Shown: positions 52,666-62,049 of the stretch, piece after piece
Layout: the number at the start of each line of letters is the position of its first letter
Position numbering within the stretch: position 1 is the stretch's first letter
NCBI GenBank assembly: GCA_965369655.1
Contig: CBDUQR010000011.1
Location: 1 to 64,000, forward strand
Direction: 5' to 3'
DNA length: 64,000 nt
From: an uncultured bacterium
Lineage (GTDB): Bacteria; Zixibacteria; MSB-5A5; JAABVY01; JAHJOQ01
Translations under genes and position numbers: made by a program
The notes under the pieces: model-generated
Told to the model about the DNA's origin: nothing
The model's input: the letters and a program-made list of their open reading frames with translations, nothing else
Database searches by the model: none

Positions 52666-53901
52666 TTATCTCTTCCCGAATAACCAGCGGAAAAGGAAGA
52701 AACGCTTCTTCTTCTTCGCCCTGAGCGATTCCCGCATCGTTGGCACAGAGAATACCGACCGTTCTTTCGGATCCAGATCCTCCGGATCCTCCTCGGATTC
52801 TTCCCGGTGGGCGATATTCGGCAAACGCCTGTATAGCTCGTTTCCACCCACTGGATGCGGTTCGGGCGTTCCCGCCAACGATTCCGTGACGGCCGGACCA
52901 CTCTCGATCTGTCCCGTTTCGATCTCGTCTTCCAATTGCTCTTCGGCAACAACAGTTGTCCTCTGATGGATATCCTGTTGTGGAGAGCTGATTTCCTGCT
53001 CAGTGGCAGTGACCACACTTGACGGTTCCATGCTTTTCTCGGGTTCGTCACGAACACCAACTGGAGGCGGAGGTGTAACGACTGGCTGATCGACGCCGTG
53101 CGGTTCTGACACGGCAGCCGTCCTGTATTCATCCGTATGGACCGGTGAAGGCTCGGAGACTATGGGTCCCACTACCTGAGCCGATTGCCGATCCGCCGTT
53201 GTTTCAGATGTTTTCTTGATTTCAGCATGGTATTTTTCCTGGCTTTCCGCTGCGGGAACCGGCTCCACAGAGGCAAGATTTGCATCCTCGACCTTCTGCG
53301 CGGCATCCAGCGTCTCGGGTTCTTTCTTCGCTCTGTCGAGAACCAGTTTGATGACGTATTTCAGCGTGTCGAACACGCCTTTGCCGCTCGATGCACACGC
53401 CTCGAAGACACGCCACTTGTTTTCGTTCATCAATTCGTCGAGTTCCTGGATGCTCATCACATCCGAAAGATCGCGCTTGTTGTACTGCATCACGAACGGC
53501 AGGGTGCTGAGATCGATGCCATACTCCTCGAGATTCTCCTTCAGATTGTTCAGGCTTTCGACATTTTCATCGGCCTTTGCCCGCTGAGAGTCCGCGACGA
53601 ACACGATCCCGTCCACACCACGGAGCACCAGCTTTCTTGTCGCATTGTAGAAGACCTGTCCCGGGACAGTATAAAGCTGGAACTTCGTGGTGAAGCCGTT
53701 GATATCCCCGATATTTATGGGAAGAAAATCGAAATAGAGTGTCCTGTCCGCATCGGTGGCGAGACTGATCAGGTCGCCCCTGGTCTTGTCCGGCACCTTG
53801 CTGTGTACATACTGCAGATTGGTCGTCTTGCCCGACAGCCCCGGACCGTAGAATACGATCTTGCAGCTAACTTCCCGAGTGTTGTAATTGATTACTACCA
53901 T
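52666..53901 (-). CDS. mglA: MglA small GTPase with a long C-terminal extension
   Basis: KIVFYGPGLSGKTTNL, DRTLYFDFLP, TVPGQVFY, NKRDL. Confidence 0.92.
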   Translation of the reverse strand: MVVINYNTREVSCKIVFYGPGLSGKTTNLQYVHSKVPDKTRGDLISLATDADRTLYFDFLPINIGDINGFTTKFQLYTVPGQVFYNATRKLVLRGVDGIVFVADSQRAKADENVESLNNLKENLEEYGIDLSTLPFVMQYNKRDLSDVMSIQELDELMNENKWRVFEACASSGKGVFDTLKYVIKLVLDRAKKEPETLDAAQKVEDANLASVEPVPAAESQEKYHAEIKKTSETTADRQSAQVVGPIVSEPSPVHTDEYRTAAVSEPHGVDQPVVTPPPPVGVRDEPEKSMEPSSVVTATEQEISSPQQDIHQRTTVVAEEQLEDEIETGQIESGPAVTESLAGTPEPHPVGGNELYRRLPNIAHREESEEDPEDLDPKERSVFSVPTMRESLRAKKKKRFFLFRWLFGKR

Positions 53902-53910
53902 AGCCTGGGC

Positions 53911-54249
53911 TTACACCATTTTGATTTGCGATAATGCGTGCTTCATTTCGAGTCTGATAAGGCCGATATTGACATCCTTCTCGGCGGTCACCACCAGTAT
54001 GCCAATTTCATTCGAAGAAAGGAATAGCTTGCCATGATCCGCCTCGATCGTCACCTGCGACATTTCCTCCTCGTCAAGCCTCTGGAGAGAGTTGTTTACA
54101 TTTGCCGTTATCGAAGCGGCGAGCGCGCCCACTGTGTCTTCCTGAAATCGCGAATCGAGATCGGCGGCGATCACGATGCCGTCGTGACCGACAATCATGC
54201 TGCCGGTGACTCCGCTGGTGCGGTTGACATCCTCAAGTATCTCAAACAT
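53911..54249 (-). CDS. stand-alone roadblock/LC7 protein
   Basis: GVTGSMIVGHDGIVI, NIGLIRLEM. Confidence 0.85.
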   Translation of the reverse strand: MFEILEDVNRTSGVTGSMIVGHDGIVIAADLDSRFQEDTVGALAASITANVNNSLQRLDEEEMSQVTIEADHGKLFLSSNEIGILVVTAEKDVNIGLIRLEMKHALSQIKMV

Positions 54250-55201
54250 AACTTTCCTCCAGAATCTTTTTCACACTCGTATCGATATATCTCTGTTCGT
54301 ACGTTCTCTTTATCATGTCTGCGGCCTGGTTCATCCTGACCTTTTCAAGTTCCTCCGAATTGCGATCGGCGCATACCAGCAGCCACATCCCGCAGACTCC
54401 AGTCGCATGAATCCTGAACGCATCCAGGGAAAGATCAAATGCCTGCAGTACGACGTCGGATACACGCAGAAGTGAAGACTGTATCTGCTCAGTGATAAGG
54501 CGACCGACAGGCGCCCAGATGTCCCGCAGAATCGGTTCGTCGCCGGCGAAGGCCACCGGCAGGCCATCTGCATCGATGAGGACTGCGAATTTCACAGCTG
54601 CAAGTTCGCAAACATGTCTTACCGCCGCATCGAATCCCTTCGGAATCGTTTCCGACTGCTCTACGGCCGGCTGACCAATCACGATTCTCGGAGCGCTCGG
54701 CCTGGCAACTACTTCGCGCCTGGTTTCACCCACGTCCGAGGCCAGCTTCATCCCCTTGAGCGGATCACGGTATGGCGTGATGGATATCTTGCCTATGACT
54801 TCGCTTCCGCTCTCAAATGCTATCCGGAAAACCGACATCAGCACAAACGGGGTGGTGAGTGTATGCAACAGAAGCGCAGGCTTGTACCCCCACAAACCGT
54901 TTGCGAAAGCATCACCCGGACTGAGCCCTTTCATAAGAACAAGCAGCATGGCAAAAACGGTCCCGACCAGCAGCCTGAAACCGACGGAAAGTATTGCTGC
55001 GGTCACCACATTCCGAAATGGCGGACTGTCGAGAAAAATGAATACGACAGATCCATAGAAGATCAGTTCGGCCAGGATATACACGAGCAATGGAATACCG
55101 AATCCAAGCCCGAGATCACTCGGGAAGAATATGAGCGGCACAATTGCAATTATCAGAAAGAGCAGAACTATGTGCCTTATTTCTCGAGCATTCAAATCCA
55201 T
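54242..55201 (-). CDS. membrane protein with a C-terminal roadblock-like domain
   Basis: About 4 N-terminal TM helices; VKFAVLIDADGLPV; SD GAGGTGA before ATG 55201. Confidence 0.7.
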   Translation of the reverse strand: MDLNAREIRHIVLLFLIIAIVPLIFFPSDLGLGFGIPLLVYILAELIFYGSVVFIFLDSPPFRNVVTAAILSVGFRLLVGTVFAMLLVLMKGLSPGDAFANGLWGYKPALLLHTLTTPFVLMSVFRIAFESGSEVIGKISITPYRDPLKGMKLASDVGETRREVVARPSAPRIVIGQPAVEQSETIPKGFDAAVRHVCELAAVKFAVLIDADGLPVAFAGDEPILRDIWAPVGRLITEQIQSSLLRVSDVVLQAFDLSLDAFRIHATGVCGMWLLVCADRNSEELEKVRMNQAADMIKRTYEQRYIDTSVKKILEESYV

Positions 55202-55212
55202 ATCGTCACCTC

Positions 55213-56085
55213 TCATATGTTCCTGAGAGAATCGCACAGCCTGGCCACCTTCAGCTTCAGCGAGCCGAGATTGATGTTCGTTCGACACCGGAGGCCAAGG
55301 ATTCGATCAGGCAGGGCGATCAGCGCCCACATCCCACTGCTATTTTCTATCAGAAGCTCCCTCCATCCGCCCAAACGTATCGACCCGATTCCGGCGCCGA
55401 CGAATCGGCACACTTCGGTCAGCGAAGCTGACACGGCATTCAGGTCATACCCGTCGGGAGCAATCGCATCGCCCACAAGCCCTTCGTAATTCGTATAAAA
55501 GACGGCTTCGACTCCGGGGAATCCGGAAACCCTGTCGAGAGCCGATTCGTACGTAACAGGCTCATCTCCTTTATCATCATCCGTCTGCATGAACCCGTCA
55601 GCTTCCTTCTCCTTCAAGGAAGCCCCGTAGAACTCCTCCGTCTCCGCCAGCTTAGCTTTCCTGGATATTTTTCCCTCTTGGATCTTGTCTTGCAAAGATT
55701 TCAGATATTCATTGGCTGGATCGGCAGACCTGAGTTCTCCGAGCCTCACGGCTGCCTTGGAGAAGAAACCCTTTTCGATCAGTATTTCCGTCTCCAGAAT
55801 GTCGGTGACTCTGGTTCGGCCATCCAACCTGATTGCCTCTGAGAGCTCTTTCTCGGCCCAATCGTACATCTTGCGATCATGGCTGATTCGAGCCATTACC
55901 AGGTGTCCCGCGCCGTAGTCAGGGTGCATCCGCAGACCCTGCAGGCAGACCCGGAAGGCTGCATCGAGTTCACCCTTTTTGCGCAGGGCCTCGGCCAGAG
56001 CTGCGAAAATCTGGGAGTGGGGATTGTCCCTGAGAATATTCTCGCATTTGCCAATACGCTCGTCGATTACAGCAGTGTCTATCAT
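55213..56085 (-). CDS. TPR + roadblock/LC7 domain protein
   Basis: FAALAEALRKKG TPR start; PGVEAVFYTNYEGLV..INLGSLKL. Confidence 0.75.
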   Translation of the reverse strand: MIDTAVIDERIGKCENILRDNPHSQIFAALAEALRKKGELDAAFRVCLQGLRMHPDYGAGHLVMARISHDRKMYDWAEKELSEAIRLDGRTRVTDILETEILIEKGFFSKAAVRLGELRSADPANEYLKSLQDKIQEGKISRKAKLAETEEFYGASLKEKEADGFMQTDDDKGDEPVTYESALDRVSGFPGVEAVFYTNYEGLVGDAIAPDGYDLNAVSASLTEVCRFVGAGIGSIRLGGWRELLIENSSGMWALIALPDRILGLRCRTNINLGSLKLKVARLCDSLRNI

Positions 56086-56119
56086 AACGATCCTCGATAC
56101 AGTCGGTGGTCGCCCGGAA

Positions 56120-56488
56120 TCAACTCAGGACTCTCCTGATTCTCGACACCCCTATCATCACAGTGCAGAGCCCAACCAGGCGTATAAGCATGATCACGTT
56201 CTCGCTCACATCTGCTATGGATAGCAGGGCAGTTAGTCTGACTACTTCGGCTATCACCAGAATCACGAATGAGATGGCCAGGACCTGCCAGGCTGAGGCC
56301 AGCTCTCCACCCTTCAGGCATGAGAAAATCCTGAGGGCAATGAAGACGCATATACCTGTGAGCAAAATCATCAGGACGGCCAGAAGAAGTGCCGCTATCG
56401 ACGAGTCGGCCAGACCAACGGATGCGTCCGCGCGGCTCGGCGCAACGAACATCATCGCTAATATCAATGGCAGAATGACTCTGTTCAT
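56120..56488 (-). CDS. small membrane protein
   Basis: Signal-like N-terminus plus 3 hydrophobic helices; in operon. Confidence 0.65.
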   Translation of the reverse strand: MNRVILPLILAMMFVAPSRADASVGLADSSIAALLLAVLMILLTGICVFIALRIFSCLKGGELASAWQVLAISFVILVIAEVVRLTALLSIADVSENVIMLIRLVGLCTVMIGVSRIRRVLS

Positions 56489-56498
56489 ATGAAAGCCT

Positions 56499-57689
56499 CT
56501 ACAATGCTGAAGTTCGTTTGCTCTCTTTCAGCACGCGGAAAATGTCCGTCTCGAGGTCATACTTCGTGCTGACTTTTCTCTTCTCGGCGATCGGAAGTGA
56601 TATTTCTTTCTTGATCTCGGACTCGACCGTGCGGAGTACATTCACGCCCAGCAGAGACCTGACTATCGCCAGTTGTTCGGTCAGAATCCAATTGAGCCCT
56701 GTCAGGAGCTTGTGCACCCTGGCTTCCCTCGGAATTTTCTGAATCGTTCGATGAAAATTCGCAAAATTCTCCCGTGGGTCCGAGTGTCTAAAGTTCGTGA
56801 AATGAGCCCAGACGCCCTTTTGATATGTCCCGAGAAGCTCATTGACCCTCATATTGTCTGAGCCGAGTTTGCGTTGCAGGTTGCGGCGTATCGCGTCGAA
56901 ACATGCGGAGTAGAGCTTCAGAATAAGCCACCAGAGCTGCTCCTCTTCCTTTGGATCCTCGACCTCGTCCGCCGATCTGGCTCCGATGTTCTCAATCAGC
57001 TTCGCAGCTAGAAGAGCGTGTATTCCGCGATATGTCGCGAATTCACCAACCGGCGACACAGAGACAATATCGCTCAACGTCCTCTCTCCATTAATTACCG
57101 AAAGCACATTGAACTCCTCAAGCGAGAGAGCGATTTCGTCGGCTTTGATCTGGGGAGACATCGCCACTCTCAGAACTTCATTTTCTTTCGGCAGCGACTT
57201 CCTGATTTCGAGCCACTCGTCAATCCTGCGAGTACCCTCCATGATCACATTCATAGTGGTCAGATTCACCAGAACGTCTTTGATCTCAGGCAGCTTGCCC
57301 TCCTGGAAGATGAAATCACCTGACTCCCACGAGAAGAGGTTGTAGACTATCTCCTCGACCTGCAACTTGAGACATCCCGCGATTTCTTCACGGCTGAAGA
57401 GTTCCATATCGACAAGGGTCATCCCTATCCTCTTGCCGGAACTCCTCTGCAACATCAACGCCCTCTCCAGATCGATCTTGCTGATTCGACCTCGTCTCAG
57501 CAGGAGATTGCCGAGCAGATCCTCGTCGGAGTTCCTCGAGGTGGCATAGATAATATTACCATCCTTGAAGCATATCTCTTTCTGGACTTCGCCCAGCGTT
57601 ATCGAGAGCATGCCTGTTTTCTTGCCAGTCGACAGCAATTGCAGAATGTCCGGAAACGCAATAGTATTAAGGTTGCCGGTAAAGGCCAT
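56499..57689 (-). CDS. DUF4388 (PATAN) domain protein
   Basis: MAFTGNL..PDILQLL..KKTGML, FSWESGDF, MEGTRRIDEW; true start at 57689. Confidence 0.85.
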   Translation of the reverse strand: MAFTGNLNTIAFPDILQLLSTGKKTGMLSITLGEVQKEICFKDGNIIYATSRNSDEDLLGNLLLRRGRISKIDLERALMLQRSSGKRIGMTLVDMELFSREEIAGCLKLQVEEIVYNLFSWESGDFIFQEGKLPEIKDVLVNLTTMNVIMEGTRRIDEWLEIRKSLPKENEVLRVAMSPQIKADEIALSLEEFNVLSVINGERTLSDIVSVSPVGEFATYRGIHALLAAKLIENIGARSADEVEDPKEEEQLWWLILKLYSACFDAIRRNLQRKLGSDNMRVNELLGTYQKGVWAHFTNFRHSDPRENFANFHRTIQKIPREARVHKLLTGLNWILTEQLAIVRSLLGVNVLRTVESEIKKEISLPIAEKRKVSTKYDLETDIFRVLKESKRTSAL

Positions 57690-57847
57690 CCGAGTTCCAC
57701 TTCCAAACGATTTTAGGCTACATACTACTTCTCTAAGGTTATCGGGAGGACCGGCTTCTATCTTAACCGAGATGACACAAAAGTGCCTATTGTGCATCGG
57801 CTTGAAAGGAAAGGTATGGGGAAGCTCCCGCCTGGCAGCTCTGGCTG

Positions 57848-60100
57848 CTACTCGGCGGATAATGCGCAGGTTACGCTTACATCTGTCTGCCCAATACTGA
57901 ACCTGACAGCTCCGCGTTTCTGCGTGTCGATGAGCTGCACCCCGAAACTGTGCATTTGCTGAGCAAGGAAGTCGAGATCGACATGGCTTGTCCACGACGG
58001 ATAGCTGTAAATTATGACAACCGACGGCGAGAGCAGCCTGATTCGGTCGAAATACTTTGAAACAGGATGACTTGGATATGGCAGGGCGAGAATATCCACA
58101 GTCGAAATGCTGTCCGACTCTGATGATCCAAGCCAATCCCACGACGACAGCCAGAGCAGTGAATGATCTTTCAGAATGACATGAGCCTTTTCGACGCCCA
58201 GCGTTGATTTCCACAGGTGAATAGCGTAATCGTTGTTGGAAAGCGGCTTGTCTGAATTTGAATCCTGAAGCGCTGGCAGAGATTCCAGCATCAGTGCAGA
58301 TTGATCTGTCGCAGTTTCCTCCCCCGACGAACAGGTTCCCCACAGTTCCGTTTCATCTGCGCCCTCGCCGGACAGATACGGGATGATTATGCGTTCAACC
58401 TGGTCGAATCCACCGTCAGATTGTGCATTTGTAAGCATGAAATCGTAGTCGGGTGGTATGCGCACGTGCATGGCTGTTTCACTGCCGAGGTCGAGAAATG
58501 TGACGGTTGCATTCGGACTCGCCTGCCTCGCTACGGATTTCCACACCAGTATATTTGCCCACACGAATACGATCAGCAGAAGATAGCGGAGCGATTTCGT
58601 CGATCTGAATGCCCCGTAGAACAAAAACAGGGTCGCATAGTAGAAAACAATATCTGTCAGACTCGGCGCACCGACCGACAGTTTGACCACCGGCAGCGAT
58701 GCAAAGAAGTCGACAAGCCAGATCGATATATGCAGCGACAGTTGTGTCAGAACGGCAAGCAGATCGCCCAGAATCGGCACCGGCGCGAACAGGACAAGCA
58801 GCAGCGACAAGGTCACCGACAACGAGGCGAGCGGTATCACCAGTAGATTTGATATGAAAGTGATGAGAGGTATTCTCCCGAAATAGTAAGCAAGAATCGG
58901 CGCGACCATTATCTGCACGACAACAGATGACGCCAGTATCATCAAGCCATAAAGAAGGACCTTCTTCCACATTCCCTGGAGACCGGTTGAGCGCGGCATC
59001 ATTCCCTTCAGAAGGTAGATGAGACTGAATGCTGCCGCAAACGACAACTGGAAACCGACGTCGAAAAGCATCATCGGATTGATCATAAGGATCAGCAGCG
59101 CCGCCACCGCTATGATATTGAGCAGGCTGCCTTTTCGATAGACAATCCTGCCGATCAGGACAAGTCCGATCATCAGAGACGCCCGAACAACCGAGGGCTG
59201 ATTGAACGACAACTGGCAGAACACGATGATCACTCCGAGCGACAGGACATCGACGACTCGTCGCCTGACACCGGCAAACCTGAACAGAAATACCAGCGTC
59301 CCGATTACGAGCGCAACATTGGAACCCGACACTGCCAGCAGATGAAGTGTACCGGTGTCTCTGAATCGTTCGTAGAGCTGCTGCGGGATGAACCTCGTCT
59401 CACCGATAAGGAATCCTGCGACCAGATGTTGTTCGCTGCCTGCCAGTCTGGTCTTGAATACATCGAGTATGTATTCTCTCAATGGTATGATGATCCCTGA
59501 GAGGAATCGATTCCCCTCGCCCGGTCCGAGCACTCTCGCCTGCTCACGATGCTTCACGCTGACATACGAGTTGATGCGTTTGAGCATCAGATACCGCCTG
59601 TAGTCGAAGCCGTGGAAATTCCTCCTCTCGAAAGGAGCGCCCAGATAACCTGTCACGGCGATCCTGTCAGCGTAGTTAAAACGATCGTCGAAATGAGCGA
59701 TCCTCGCGAGCATTAACCCGGAGGTCGGAATCGGCTCGTCGGTGATGTACAGAGTGTCGCATTCCACAGTCAGATAGGTCTTGTCGGGTCGCACATCCGG
59801 CTCCCTGACAATCCGACCGATCACCATCACCTGCTGCGGCAGATTGTTGAAACCGGAAATGTGATTCGGCGGGAAATTAACCGCGCTAAGATTGTACCTG
59901 AACACGCCGAGCAGTACGAGGCTGACTGCACCGAAGACAATCAACCATCGAATCGACTTCTTGTGCAACGCGATAAGTCCCGCGACAAATCCGACCGCGA
60001 GCGCACAGAACGCAATAAAATCGGGCGGATGAAACAGTGTACCGGCGAGTATTCCGAGAATGAGAAACAGACAGGCTGCCGCGGCGGGATATTTCAGCAT
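57848..60100 (-). CDS. comEC: ComEC/Rec2 competence protein with degenerate C-terminal MBL domain
   Basis: HLLAVSGSNV, PSVVRA, GFQLSFAA. Confidence 0.9.
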   Translation of the reverse strand: MLKYPAAAACLFLILGILAGTLFHPPDFIAFCALAVGFVAGLIALHKKSIRWLIVFGAVSLVLLGVFRYNLSAVNFPPNHISGFNNLPQQVMVIGRIVREPDVRPDKTYLTVECDTLYITDEPIPTSGLMLARIAHFDDRFNYADRIAVTGYLGAPFERRNFHGFDYRRYLMLKRINSYVSVKHREQARVLGPGEGNRFLSGIIIPLREYILDVFKTRLAGSEQHLVAGFLIGETRFIPQQLYERFRDTGTLHLLAVSGSNVALVIGTLVFLFRFAGVRRRVVDVLSLGVIIVFCQLSFNQPSVVRASLMIGLVLIGRIVYRKGSLLNIIAVAALLILMINPMMLFDVGFQLSFAAAFSLIYLLKGMMPRSTGLQGMWKKVLLYGLMILASSVVVQIMVAPILAYYFGRIPLITFISNLLVIPLASLSVTLSLLLVLFAPVPILGDLLAVLTQLSLHISIWLVDFFASLPVVKLSVGAPSLTDIVFYYATLFLFYGAFRSTKSLRYLLLIVFVWANILVWKSVARQASPNATVTFLDLGSETAMHVRIPPDYDFMLTNAQSDGGFDQVERIIIPYLSGEGADETELWGTCSSGEETATDQSALMLESLPALQDSNSDKPLSNNDYAIHLWKSTLGVEKAHVILKDHSLLWLSSWDWLGSSESDSISTVDILALPYPSHPVSKYFDRIRLLSPSVVIIYSYPSWTSHVDLDFLAQQMHSFGVQLIDTQKRGAVRFSIGQTDVSVTCALSAE

Positions 60101-61668
60101 TTCGATTTCCGTATCATGGCGATCAGCGAACTCAGTTCCGTTATCCTGAAAAACTTCGCGATCAGCAAATAGACTGCGGCTGTCGCGAAGAGCATTATCA
60201 GGGTATAAATCAGCCAGTCGAGCTTGCCGCCTGCAACTATGTCCAGCGGAACCAGGCGCTGACCCGCAATCAGCAGGATTGAAACACCGATGGCTGCGAG
60301 CACGATCTTAGCGACTGATCTACCGAGATCCTTAACCGACAGCACCGGAACCTGTCGGCACAGTAGTGCGAAAAGTATCAGGAAATTCAGCGAGCCGGAA
60401 CATGCAACAGCGAGACAGAGTCCTCTGAAATCGAGGCGTCCGACGAGGAGCAGACAAAGCGCGATATTGACCGCGACCGATGCCACCGATATCGCGACAG
60501 GAATTCGTGTCTCCTTCATGGCATAGAAAATCGGGACGGTGATTCGCACGCCGGAATACGCGAACAGGCCAATCGCATAGAACGCGAGAGCCGAGGCTGT
60601 ACTCACGGTGTCGGCATGAGTGAAATGGCTGTGCTGGTAAAGAAGCGCGACGATTGGCTCACCGCCAAAAAGCAGCACCGCCTGCGCGGGCAAAATTAGA
60701 AACAGCCCGAATTTCAGCGTGCTCACATAATGCTCCGCCATCCCCTTCAGGTCATTCTCTGCGACCAGACGCGATGCGCTCGGAAGCGAAACTGTGGCGA
60801 TAGCCACACCGAAAAGCCCAAGTGGAAGGTGCAGCAGCCGATAGGCGTAATCGAGATAGGAAACCGCCCCGTCGGCAAGCCGTGACGCCAGATTCGTGAT
60901 AACAAAGACATTCACCTGCGTCGCCGCAAGACCGATCACCATCGGCGCCATCAGCTTCAGAATCTGCCTGAGTTCCGGATTGTCGAACTTGAGATTTATC
61001 CTGAATCTGAACCCGTCCCGTCTCAGTTGAGGAAGCTGTACTACGCATTGCCCAAGTCCGCCCGCAAGCACGCCAATCGCCATTCCGAGAATCGGAGGAT
61101 CGGTAAACGGACAGAGCGCAAATCCGGCGGCAATCATTCCGATGTTCAGGAGCGCAGGTGCAAAAGCAGGCGTACCGAATTTCCCGAGCGAATTCAGCAT
61201 TCCCATGAACAGCGCGGCGACCGAGACAATCAGCAGGAACGGCATCATCACCCGCCCGAGCAGCACGGTCAGGTCGAACTTACCGGGAATGCCCTCGAAG
61301 CCGGGCGCGAGGAGAGTTACTATGCTCGGCACAGCGAGAATCCCGATCACAACGAGCAAACCGACAGTCACCATGAGGAAACTCAGCACGGTATTCGCCG
61401 TCTGAAAAGCCTCGGACCTGCTGGCATCCTTGAGCTTCGAAGTGAAAACCGGGATGAAGGCCGCCGAGAGCGCCCCCTCAGCGAACATATCGCGAAGCAT
61501 GTTAGGGATTTTGAATGCCGCTACAAACGCATCGTTGGCGTCGCTCGCGCCGAAAAGACCCGACATCACACTCATCCGCGCCATCCCGAGCAGACGAGAC
61601 GTCAATGTACCGGCAGAGACCCTCGCCGTCGATCTTACGAACTTAGCTTGTTCAGACTCATTTTCCAT
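60094..61668 (-). CDS. murJ: lipid II flippase MurJ
   Basis: SRLLG, AFKIPN, FAEGAL, LPLGLFG. Confidence 0.95.
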   Translation of the reverse strand: MENESEQAKFVRSTARVSAGTLTSRLLGMARMSVMSGLFGASDANDAFVAAFKIPNMLRDMFAEGALSAAFIPVFTSKLKDASRSEAFQTANTVLSFLMVTVGLLVVIGILAVPSIVTLLAPGFEGIPGKFDLTVLLGRVMMPFLLIVSVAALFMGMLNSLGKFGTPAFAPALLNIGMIAAGFALCPFTDPPILGMAIGVLAGGLGQCVVQLPQLRRDGFRFRINLKFDNPELRQILKLMAPMVIGLAATQVNVFVITNLASRLADGAVSYLDYAYRLLHLPLGLFGVAIATVSLPSASRLVAENDLKGMAEHYVSTLKFGLFLILPAQAVLLFGGEPIVALLYQHSHFTHADTVSTASALAFYAIGLFAYSGVRITVPIFYAMKETRIPVAISVASVAVNIALCLLLVGRLDFRGLCLAVACSGSLNFLILFALLCRQVPVLSVKDLGRSVAKIVLAAIGVSILLIAGQRLVPLDIVAGGKLDWLIYTLIMLFATAAVYLLIAKFFRITELSSLIAMIRKSKC

Positions 61669-61695
61669 TGACAAACCACACTATTTCGCTATATT
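61668..61695 (+). promoter_or_regulatory. sigma70-type promoter for rpsT
   Basis: TTGACA-N16-TATATT, overlapping the murJ start. Confidence 0.5.
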
Positions 61696-61736
61696 CGATT
61701 CCGAATTATCAATGCCTTACGCTGAAGGAGCACTGA

Positions 61737-62003
61737 TTGGCGCATCATCTGCATACAAAGAAAGCGATTCGACAGACGGCTAAGCGCAAAAGACGCAATC
61801 AGACCGACAGATCGAAGATGAAGACCGCGATCAAGAATTTCATCGCGGCGGACACGACTGACGGCAAGGCGACAGCCTTGAAGGTTGCGCAGAGGATGAT
61901 TGACAGGGCTGCGAAAAAAAACGTGATTCACAATAAGGCCGCCGCCCACAAGAAATCTCATCTTGCCAAAACCTATAATGCATTCGTTCAATCGCATGCA
62001 TGA
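61737..62003 (+). CDS. rpsT: 30S ribosomal protein S20
   Basis: KKAIRQ, RSKMKTAIK, IHNKAAAHKKS; SD AAGGAG. Confidence 0.95.
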   Translation: MAHHLHTKKAIRQTAKRKRRNQTDRSKMKTAIKNFIAADTTDGKATALKVAQRMIDRAAKKNVIHNKAAAHKKSHLAKTYNAFVQSHA

Positions 62004-62026
62004 CCAACTGTCAGAGTTCTGAGAAT

Positions 62027-62049
62027 CGCCGACGCTCGTGTCGGCTTTT
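62027..62049 (+). terminator. putative intrinsic terminator between rpsT and the convergent gene
   Basis: GCCGAC-GCTCGT-GTCGGC followed by TTTT. Confidence 0.5.

Noticed and set aside
57690-58343. N-terminal extension of the 614-aa ORF
   Set aside because: Overlaps comEC in another frame; the DUF4388 domain begins at 57689
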